The position numbers and the translations under genes are program-made. 64,000 nucleotides of DNA, from IMG/VR virus record IMGVR_UViG_3300030108_003057, positions 28,422 to 92,421 of that record, one strand, 5' to 3'. Under the pieces are notes generated by a model. The model did no database searches and had not been told where the DNA came from. It worked only from the letters and a program-made list of their open reading frames with translations. Source of the DNA: a virus. Positions 8,850 through 16,809 of the stretch are shown in pieces (position 1 is the first letter of the stretch; each line of letters starts with the position of its first letter).

Positions 8850-8880
8850 ACAGTAGATTAACTATGCGTTATATTTTAAG

Positions 8881-9258
8881 TTATTCTTTTTGGGAATCCC
8901 AGACAACATTGTAATGTTCACAATAGTTAACTAAGGTTTGCCAATCTTCATCCATATCGATTCTATATTCATATCTCAATATTGGTAATGCGCCATTTAC
9001 AAAATCATCTAGTATGTATCTAGCACCTTCATCAGAAATATTATTAGCGATTGCTGATTCAAACTGATACACAAACGCACCCAATAATCCATATTTATTT
9101 ACTAAATCATCAGTATATTTCTCTATTTTACGCACAAATCTTCTTTCCTTGAAACCTTTCGATGCGTCAACGGTAATTGCTTTTAATATGTCTAATATAA
9201 GTTTAAACATATTATTCACCTTTAAATTCTTTAAATCGCTTTCTATATAAAAAAGCAA
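8881..9258 (-). CDS. Hypothetical protein
   Basis: ORF track; probable start MFKLIL after GGTGA. Confidence 0.6.
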   Translation of the reverse strand: MLFYIESDLKNLKVNNMFKLILDILKAITVDASKGFKERRFVRKIEKYTDDLVNKYGLLGAFVYQFESAIANNISDEGARYILDDFVNGALPILRYEYRIDMDEDWQTLVNYCEHYNVVWDSQKE

Positions 9259-9619
9259 ACATGTGTTTTTTAAACTTAGTCGTTGGTGCGTGCATTTGTT
9301 GTTTAATCCAAGAATTCATTTTTGCTACTTTAGTTTCGTCATTTATTAATGCCAACTTAGGGATAGCCTCACCTCTTTTATTTAATATAATAGTTCCATC
9401 CTTTTCCTTATGAACAATTAAACGACCATCTTCACCATATTGTCTATCAACACCATTTTCTAATTCGGTAATCTTATCTTTAATTCTTTGTGGTGAATCT
9501 GCTCCACCTACATATCTTCTTAATCTATAATCATATCTTTGCTGGCATTCTTCATGAATGTCGCTTAATAATAAAAATTCTTTATATCCATTCCAATCTT
9601 GTTTTTTTCTCCAAGTCAT
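9212..9619 (-). CDS. Hypothetical protein
   Basis: 135-aa ORF with GGAG RBS. Confidence 0.65.
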   Translation of the reverse strand: MTWRKKQDWNGYKEFLLLSDIHEECQQRYDYRLRRYVGGADSPQRIKDKITELENGVDRQYGEDGRLIVHKEKDGTIILNKRGEAIPKLALINDETKVAKMNSWIKQQMHAPTTKFKKHMFAFLYRKRFKEFKGE

Positions 9620-9749
9620 TTTATCTCTCCATTTAAAATAATTAAATCTTATGTGTAAAACCCGGTTCTTGCCGCTTGGTTCTACATGAATTTCCAGTTT
9701 TGTTCACCCAGACTGGAAACTGGGCCAAAATGTTAACTTAATTTTAGTC

Positions 9750-9962
9750 CTAACAACCGCCAACGATGGCTTGCGTTAGAACTACTTCATTTACATCATT
9801 AAAGTTGATGTTCGCAATTTCTTCACGGGAAACAAGTTCACCGTCAATGTATGCCCAATGAGTAGGATGCTCAATAATTTGCTCCAATGCCCCTTCAGCA
9901 CTCATTGATAGTTCGGTATGACCTGTTTCATTTAGTATTGTTACCTTTACCATTTTACTCAC
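9750..9962 (-). CDS. Ubiquitin-like (beta-grasp, ThiS/SAMP-like) protein ending -VGG-C
   Basis: 70 aa; strand-strand-helix-strand pattern (MVKVTIL..TELSM..ALEQII..WAYIDGELV..EVVLTQAIVGGC); di-glycine at the penultimate positions. Confidence 0.75.
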   Translation of the reverse strand: MSKMVKVTILNETGHTELSMSAEGALEQIIEHPTHWAYIDGELVSREEIANINFNDVNEVVLTQAIVGGC

Positions 9963-10126
9963 TCTCCATAATCTCTACTTTTCCTAATTGTACTCTTAGT
10001 TCTGATATATTCATCTTCTTCACTTCCTTTTTTACGTAAGCCCGTCGGCAATATTAACAACGACTATGTTCTATATAACCGTTGTTGGATTAGTTTTTCA
10101 TTAACATTTTGGGTATGTTATTTGAG

Positions 10127-10366
10127 TCATATTGGGTCATTTCTTTTACTTCGCCAATGCCAAGTCTCCCGACCCCTCAATATAAAAATATCATCGAATT
10201 TTACTTCATTTTTCTTATAATTATATTGTGCTTCGCCTACTTCGTAAGCCCAGTCATCCCAATCTTTAATTAATCGCTTTACAATAGCAAGTCTTTTCCG
10301 ATTGTGGATATTTTCGATTATCTCCCCTTTTTTAAATTTAGGTTCTTTCATTTGTATCTCTCCCAA
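10127..10366 (-). CDS. Hypothetical protein (SH3-like, PKFKKGE start)
   Basis: ORF track; probable start MKEPKFKKG. Confidence 0.5.
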   Translation of the reverse strand: MGEIQMKEPKFKKGEIIENIHNRKRLAIVKRLIKDWDDWAYEVGEAQYNYKKNEVKFDDIFILRGRETWHWRSKRNDPI

Positions 10367-10590
10367 CGTCTTTTCTGTATTTCCTTCTGTAAATTATCAG
10401 AAGTTGCGAGTAGCACCAATGCGAAGGGTAGTCCCAACATTGCGAACAATAATAGATTCGTATTAAAAGATACCCCTAAAAGTAGCCCTGCAAAACCTAA
10501 TATTATACATATTCTATGCAATAATCGCAAATATTCGTATGTTTCCTTTAATTCGCCGTCACTTAATTTTTCTACATTAATTTTCATCAT
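10348..10590 (-). CDS. Small two-TM membrane protein
   Basis: Hydrophobic ICIILGFAGLLLGVSF and LLLFAMLGLPFALVLL. Confidence 0.6.
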   Translation of the reverse strand: MMKINVEKLSDGELKETYEYLRLLHRICIILGFAGLLLGVSFNTNLLLFAMLGLPFALVLLATSDNLQKEIQKRRWERYK

Positions 10591-10859
10591 TCTTCATCCC
10601 TATGTGCTACCAACCATAATACACAATATCCTGCCAAGTCCAAATATATATCTTCATCACTTTCAATTGTTTCATTACCTGTTGCTAATCTTGAAATCTT
10701 ATCATCCATTCTAACAGCAATCAATTCCTTCGCGCTCCCATTCGCAAATATCCCAATTGGGTTCAACGCTGAGTCTCCATACTGTTCATTCTTCATTAAT
10801 AACATTTCGGTTAATTCTTTCATAATATCTTTTATTTTCTTTGCTGTATTTTTGGTCAT
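10587..10859 (-). CDS. DUF1599 / nucleotide-modification-associated (all-alpha NTP-PPase-like) protein
   Basis: KNEQYGDS...IAVRMDDKISRL...DIYLDLAGYCVL signature. Confidence 0.75.
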   Translation of the reverse strand: MTKNTAKKIKDIMKELTEMLLMKNEQYGDSALNPIGIFANGSAKELIAVRMDDKISRLATGNETIESDEDIYLDLAGYCVLWLVAHRDEE

Positions 10860-10986
10860 TTTATCACCTTTTATATTTCTTTTACAAAATGTACTAGAAA
10901 AAGAGTTTCCTACACATTTTGTTCACTATTCCTATTTAGGAAATCATTTTGCATTAGATAATGCTATTTTCTCATACAAAATGACG

Positions 10987-11123
10987 TTTTACTACTTTTA
11001 CTACTTTTACTACCCCCTCTCATATAATAATAATAATATAAATTAAGAATCATATACAAAATGATATATATAATCTATCTTATAGATATATAGTATATAG
11101 TAAAAGTAGTAAAAGTAGAAATA
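10987..11123. repeat. Inverted iteron set: 3x TTTTACTAC, AT-rich spacer, then 2-3x GTAGTAAAA (origin-like)
   Basis: Exact 9-mers at 10987, 10996, 11005; reverse-complement copies at 11097 (1 mismatch), 11106 (exact), 11115 (degenerate). Confidence 0.75.
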
Positions 11124-11457
11124 GTTACAATATGTAACTGATATTCCAATTTTCTTGGACATAATGATTTACTACGAATAGTAAATGTGAGAAGGTGTTA
11201 CATAATGCTTGAGAAAATGTGCTTTAGAAAAGTAAGCCTCATTATGTAACCGAAAATAGTAATTAGTTATTCAAAATAACTATAATAATATTGTTAGTTT
11301 GAAAGTTATAGTTTATATAATAACTAGGTCAAACTTACAAATGTAATCTGATTATCATGTGCGAACCAAAATCATGATGATTCACATACAATAGGAGAAC
11401 CCCGAATCAGTATATAAAGCCCTGAAGTCCAAAAAGTCATTATGTATAGGTTATTTC

Positions 11458-11500
11458 AAATACCTTATTTGTAATACCTTATCAATAATACCTTATTAAA
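11458..11500 (+). repeat. Three tandem AATACCTTAT units with 14-bp period
   Basis: aaTACCTTATttgt-aaTACCTTATcaat-aaTACCTTATtaaa, immediately before the first palindrome. Confidence 0.6.
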
Positions 11501-12603
11501 ATACTTACCATATGGTCCTTAACTGTGATTAAGGTAATCCCCAAAATGTAAGGTAGCGGCTAAAGTAAATTTAACTACCCTAAAGGCGTTTTTTTAAATA
11601 AAAACGGTTAAAGTTTACTTTTTTGCAACCATATGGTAATAAATTCTTTTATACCTCGCTGCGGTATTGCGACAAGCCACAAGGGTTCATTAAACCGTCT
11701 TCGCTATTTAAAATTCTACTTTTACCTGATTAAGAGAGAAGATAGATTAATAAAGATAGAATTTATAAATTTTAATAAATCGCAAACCATATGGTCCGGT
11801 TTACGTGATACGGATGTATATGGTTTCTGCTGAGAGCAGATACTACTAAATATACTCCGTATTCGATAAACCAATAGACCGCAGCGTGCTGTCCTCTCTC
11901 CGGGGACCGCATATAAAGTAATTATAATTGCTTTTCCTCTTCAATAGTTTTATTCAATCCAATAAAACAATTTCATCGTTACCATATGGTCCATGCGTTA
12001 GCATACTATGGACCGCGAGGGGGTGAACAGGAATGCTTAGTGTACATTATGATTATGATGATGAAATCATTGAAGATGTTTGTGAATAAGCATTCTACAT
12101 CTGTTACCATATGGAACATTATAATATGTCCTCAAAAATAATGGGGTATCCCTCAAGTCCCAAAAAGTCTGCGCCTCCTAGGAAACACCACTTGCGTTAT
12201 TTTAAAATTTCTCACTATAAAGAATTTATTAGCAGCGAACCATTTCATTATTTTAAAATCGTTTCCTTGAGCCACACACTGTTCAGTTTAGTTATCGGGT
12301 ACCATATGGTTTGAATTTGCATAATTTGTAAAGCAAATGCGTTTTGAATACTTGGAAAAACCAAACCCCAAAAAATAAAAAATAAAAAAACAACAGTTTT
12401 TGATAACGGAGAACTATTAAAAACTCCGGTAATTAAAGCCGTTTCGACTTGTAAATACTAACTTTTTGGAATACAATCGTTTTTATTCCAAAGGATGCAC
12501 CAAAAGCACCTACTTTTGCAGGCACTTTTACCGTCCAATATTTTCTCTAACCATTCTTGATTAATTAGAGGGTCATCCCTTAATTCTTGAATCAAATCTT
12601 TAC

Positions 12604-12813
12604 TCATTCATTCATCTCCTTAAGTCGTTCTTGGATGATTTCTGTAATGCGTTTCATTGATACTACTAATTCCTGTTCAGAACTAGCAGGTATTCTCAAC
12701 GATTCCAGAACCCAATTTTGATAACGGTCCTGTTTGAACTTTACGACATATTCAGCCTTCTTAAAAAATTTAAACATGTCCAACACCCACACAATTATCA
12801 CACTTATAATCAT
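12604..12813 (-). CDS. Hypothetical protein
   Basis: ORF track 69 aa; plausible start MFKFFKK. Confidence 0.45.
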   Translation of the reverse strand: MIISVIIVWVLDMFKFFKKAEYVVKFKQDRYQNWVLESLRIPASSEQELVVSMKRITEIIQERLKEMNE

Positions 12814-12836
12814 AACTTAACTCCATATCACAAATT

Positions 12837-13040
12837 TCACATTTCATCTTTTAACACCCACTGAATCATACCTTTTTTGTGCATCTGTACGCCAATCCCA
12901 ATTAGGATAACGTTCTTGAAGCCAATTAGGGTTTTCTTGAACCATTTCTCGTCTTTCATGTCTGGCACGTAATTGCTTAATTCTGTATCTACGCCATAAT
13001 GGATTAGACCAACTATAATTACCACCAAATCTTCTTTCAT
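12837..13040 (-). CDS. Hypothetical protein (possibly membrane-associated)
   Basis: 67 aa, protein-like composition; preferred over the overlapping 12844..13065 frame. Confidence 0.4.
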   Translation of the reverse strand: MKEDLVVIIVGLIHYGVDTELSNYVPDMKDEKWFKKTLIGFKNVILIGIGVQMHKKGMIQWVLKDEM

Positions 13041-13311
13041 ATCTTTGATTAAAACTACTACTCATCTTTTTCTACTTCCTTAATTACATTGATTTGACTT
13101 TTTTGATGTCGTAGAAAGTCATAACTACGCCTGTTTCTAAATTCACGATTTTTACAGGTTTATTTTGTTCGTACTATGCCCGAACATTGGCGGGTTGGGT
13201 TTTTTTGATGCGGGAAGTTGCCCATTAACTCCCGGCGAATTAGCATAATTATGCTTCTTCGTCTAAACGGAAAGAACTACCTTCCGCCTCATCAATGTAA
13301 TGGACACTCAT

Positions 13312-13914
13312 TTAAGCATCCACTCCATCTTGAGTTTCGACCTTTGTTTCTCCTGAATCAACAGTAAAAGTTAGGTCTGCATTACCGTCCCATGCACCGG
13401 AACGGTGTTTCGACATAAGATTCTGCTTTTCAGCATTCACTTTTGTTGAAATAAAACTATCCCTGTCTTCTATTACTGCATAAGGTGACTCTGTATCTCT
13501 ACCAGATAGTCTCAAAATTGATAGGCGATTAGCACCTTCAATTTCTTGGGCTGAATCGAATACTTGTCCCCAAAAAGTAGTGGCTACTTCTAGGTGGTTA
13601 TCCAATACTGCCTGTACTGCTGGAGCAAGGTTACTACCTTTTCCTCTAGTAAAGGGCCAGTTCCCAATAGGGAAGTTTCTACCGATTCTTTGGATTAATT
13701 GCTTTAGTTCTAGTTCAGCACTATCAGCCATTTGTCCAAGGTAATTACCAATAACCATCATATTAAACTCAGCAACGTTGCGTTGCTTTTTGTCTTCTAT
13801 GCTGGATATTAGAGGGGTAGTTTCCTCTATCCATTCGTTCACTTTATGCTGATAAACAGCATAGTCTTCTGCGTTCATTATTTTTGTGTTTTCTTCTGCA
13901 CTCATTTTTCTCAC
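13312..13914 (-). CDS. Hypothetical protein, paralogue of 14052..14564
   Basis: 200-aa ORF with its own TATA box (13951-13960, minus strand). Confidence 0.75.
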   Translation of the reverse strand: MRKMSAEENTKIMNAEDYAVYQHKVNEWIEETTPLISSIEDKKQRNVAEFNMMVIGNYLGQMADSAELELKQLIQRIGRNFPIGNWPFTRGKGSNLAPAVQAVLDNHLEVATTFWGQVFDSAQEIEGANRLSILRLSGRDTESPYAVIEDRDSFISTKVNAEKQNLMSKHRSGAWDGNADLTFTVDSGETKVETQDGVDA

Positions 13915-13950
13915 TTTCTGCCTGTTAAGGCAATAGTTAGAACAGATTTG

Positions 13951-14030
13951 AGTATATAAGGTACTAGGAGCAAAGCGCCCGTACCATATGGTAGTTAATT
14001 TACGAACACTTTGTAATAGTAATTTAAGTA
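13951..14030. promoter_or_regulatory. Divergent archaeal promoter pair flanking an ACCATATGGT palindrome
   Basis: CTTATATA on minus (13953-13960), TTTAAGTA on plus (14023-14030), palindrome 13983-13992 between them. Confidence 0.55.
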
Positions 14031-14051
14031 CCTCAAAATATGCAATATATC

Positions 14052-14564
14052 ATGACGCAAGACGCTGATAACACCATAACTGAAAAGTGGAACAATTTGG
14101 TAGTTAGAGTAACCGCATGGTTATTACTACCTTTTTGGTCCGAGAACGCCGAGGATAAGAAACATGCCTTTAACATGGGTACAATCCGTAACTATGTAGA
14201 TTGGGGTAATGAGGGAACCGATGAAGATAAGAAATCTTACATGAGTTCTATCAATGCTCTAGCACGTAGATACAAAGATTTGTGTGCTTTACCTTCTTCA
14301 TCCAAACCAAAAGACCCAACAGTAGGTCAAATTTGGGAGGGAATGATGGAGAACCCAAATAGACTATTGGCTCTATTTACTCTAAGAGAAGGTAACATCA
14401 AAACGTACAGTGACGCTTCTAAGATTGGACATAGGAGAATTAAGGCTCTTTTGAAAGATGAAGAAGGTCCGATTGATGTATCAGAATTTATCAATAATTT
14501 TGATGCTTCTTTAGTAGCATATCCAGCAATGAAGGAGGAATCATCAATGGATGAAGAGGCATAA
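14052..14564 (+). CDS. Hypothetical protein, paralogue of 13312..13914
   Basis: ORF 14040..14564; ATG 14052 lies about 22 nt after a TATA-like box (leaderless). Confidence 0.75.
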   Translation: MTQDADNTITEKWNNLVVRVTAWLLLPFWSENAEDKKHAFNMGTIRNYVDWGNEGTDEDKKSYMSSINALARRYKDLCALPSSSKPKDPTVGQIWEGMMENPNRLLALFTLREGNIKTYSDASKIGHRRIKALLKDEEGPIDVSEFINNFDASLVAYPAMKEESSMDEEA

Positions 14565-14573
14565 TCTTCATTC

Positions 14574-14620
14574 GGGGTAGGGGGTAAAACCCCTATCCCA
14601 CCCCTTCGGGGTTCTTTTTT
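14574..14620 (+). terminator. Double hairpin plus T-tract terminator
   Basis: GGGGTAGGGG-GTAAAA-CCCCTATCCC, then ACCCC-TTCG-GGGT followed by TCTTTTTT, directly after the stop codon. Confidence 0.7.
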
Positions 14621-14850
14621 ACTTGTTTAGTATAACACTAAAACTCAGAAAGTTCTATTTTAGACATTACATTTGTTACACCAAACTGCGTATAACAAAA
14701 GAACCATATGGGTCTACTTCTTCCAGAAGTTAAATTATTCTTGCTCGTCAAACACTATAATCACCCCCGATGCGGCTTGCTTCTTCCCACTTCGGAGAAG
14801 CAATCCATATGGTACGAATAATATATAAGATTTAATATTTAATATAAAAG

Positions 14851-14965
14851 GAGTAATATTTGTCTTCGATTAGAATGAGGCAAATATGTACGACTGTTCT
14901 TTCTGTATAAATCTTATAAATTAAGAGTCCCCAGACGCTACGCGCGGCAGCCACGCGAGGACTTT
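14851..14965 (+). ncRNA. Candidate structured small RNA
   Basis: TATATAA at about 14822; stems ATATTTGTCTT/GAGGCAAATAT and AGAGTCC/GGACTTT contain G-U pairs on the plus strand; no ORF. Confidence 0.35.
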
Positions 14966-15181
14966 CGGTAAAACTTTAGTAAATATTCATTCAATAAAAC
15001 ATATTTATTAACATAAATATTTCACTAGGATTTATGTGAATGTAATGGTAAACCATTCCATTTCACTAAACCCACAGTTTTACCACCGTACCATATGGAA
15101 CATCGTGATATGTCCCCGACGGGGTTTCTCAGCATTAAGATAACATTTCTTAAGTCTTATTAATTATATCACTCGTCGTAC

Positions 15182-15282
15182 GGGAAGACGCACTCTGTTG
15201 CCATTGGTACGTCATATAATAATAATTATACTTACTAAAAATGTTCCATTTTTCCCTACTGGCAACAAGTCGCGTCCTTCCC
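15182..15282. ncRNA. Candidate ncRNA with a long bulged terminal stem
   Basis: GGGAAGACGCACTCTGTTGCCA (15182-15203) pairs with TGGCAACAAGTCGCGTCCTTCCC (15260-15282) around an AT-rich loop. Confidence 0.45.
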
Positions 15283-16257
15283 TTCACTCCTCGTTCATCC
15301 TGAAAAAGCCTTAAGAACTTTTAAATAAAAGAGCATCGAACCATATGGTAATAATTTGTATTACCTCAAAAATTAAAAAAAATAAAAAAAAGGCGGGGGA
15401 AAGAACAGGTTTTCACCATTTACATCTTTATTAATTTCCAAAACCCCATATTTTTTAGGTGTGCAGTAAGATTATCGCTGTTACGAGACACTTACAAATT
15501 TAATCGTGATACAGTACGTTTGGTTGCGCTTTGTACTTGACGACTACTTTTACTTATCCATAAAGGGCTTGTACTCCCAATATTTACCATCTGATTCCGC
15601 TAAGAATTGCGCTATTAAATCGCCCACAAACCAACCTTTGATTATTACGTTGTCTTCTCATCGGTGGAGAAACAAATTGCATTTAAGTCACTATAACTAA
15701 ACTCAGTAGATAATGCATTATTACTTCACAGTAATTATTCTGCCATGCACTATATCATTTAAGTCCCTATTGGGACACCCAGCGACTGGCTGATACAGTT
15801 TATAGCACAAAATAGAGTATATAAGGTACTTACCAAAGTGTCGTACCATATGGTGACGAAGGAACCTTAAATTAAGGTATTCACTACGTCAGAACATGCG
15901 GATATTAACTTGACTCTTTTCCAGCGTTGTAAATTAATTACTAACAGCAACAAAAAAGAGCCGGCGTTAATACCGTTTCTGTACCATATGGAGTGCTCAT
16001 TATGAGCAAGAGAAACGTATTTAATTTATTTAAATGAATGTTGAACGTCTCCTCGCGGGCTACTTCATAAAACACATTTTTCATTAACTTCGTACCATAA
16101 ATAATCTATTTTATTCGTACCATATGGTTCCGCTTTGCGTGAACTTGTTTTGTTATTTAAATAACGAAATCAAATAACCTATTTAATATAGTATATTTCA
16201 AATAACCATATCTTTATAGGTAACCCGAAACTTTTCTTTACTTGGAGGGAAATTATA

Positions 16258-16614
16258 ATGTACACATTTAATTTTAACTTAGGCGGCGGGCAAAATACCC
16301 CTGCAAATCATGATTTTGAACCAATAGTAACAGCAATAAAACACTTAGTTGAGGACTGGCATTCTTTTTATAACTTATACAAAAAATTTGCGCCGCCTCC
16401 ATTGGAGAACCAAATACAAATACAAGAATGGTTTAATGAAATTAAAAATAAGTTAGATGAACTCATAGAACTATACAATGAAATACCAGATTCGCCGGAA
16501 TTAGCAGATATACGTACTGATAATGACGCTGAAGAGTTATTAAAACACTTTGCCGAGTTAAATAATTTGTTTAATATACCGAAAAAAGATACAGATGAAC
16601 TGATGTACAATTAA
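16258..16614 (+). CDS. Hypothetical protein
   Basis: 118 aa, GGAGG RBS, TTTATA upstream. Confidence 0.6.
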   Translation: MYTFNFNLGGGQNTPANHDFEPIVTAIKHLVEDWHSFYNLYKKFAPPPLENQIQIQEWFNEIKNKLDELIELYNEIPDSPELADIRTDNDAEELLKHFAELNNLFNIPKKDTDELMYN

Positions 16615-16809
16615 ATACTCTATTTTATTCACGCTATTTAGAATATTTTAAGTAAACCTTGGAAATGTAATGAAAAAAATAAAAAAAATTTTGCTAGTGG
16701 CAAAAAAATTTCCGGCCATTTTTTGAAAAAGTAATTTAAATGAAAACATTGTGGTCGCGGGTAATAATAAACTTTATATGTATCATAACTGGTGATGCAA
16801 ATGAAAAAT

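Larger units (their letters stand above)
11507..16128. repeat. Dispersed array of 14 (A)CCATATGG(T) palindromes
   Basis: 10-mer starts at 11507, 11628, 11786, 11981, 12106, 12301, 13983, 14703, 14804, 15090, 15340, 15845, 15983, 16119. Confidence 0.9.

Noticed and set aside
8605-8856. 83-aa plus-strand ORF (MQVVGFEPTK...)
   Set aside because: It is the antisense reading of the tRNA-Leu and the small membrane ORF
9212-9619. MTWRKKQ start as a member of the tag family
   Set aside because: Has M-x-W but lacks the hydrophobic pair and terminal Lys pattern, and lies in the early arm
9691-9725. Alternative hairpins downstream of the Ubl gene as a riboswitch
   Set aside because: Short stems only (TTTCCAGT/ACTGGAAA, CCCAG/CTGGG); no recognisable aptamer; more likely a terminator or processing stem
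2117-12314. Plus-strand ORFs in the left arm and control region (2117, 3256, 3688, 6231, 7016, 10304, 10852, 11633, 12111)
   Set aside because: Antisense shadows or low-complexity frames; 11633 and 12111 start at the ATG inside the palindrome by coincidence
15506-15750. Possible gene or pseudogene downstream of the second promoter module
   Set aside because: Minus-strand frames give only short interrupted fragments and the plus-strand 64-aa ORF is not protein-like; a CDS cannot be supported
11507-16128. CRISPR array interpretation of the repeated palindrome
   Set aside because: The repeat is only 8-13 bp, spacing is 100-1700 bp and irregular, and no cas genes are present
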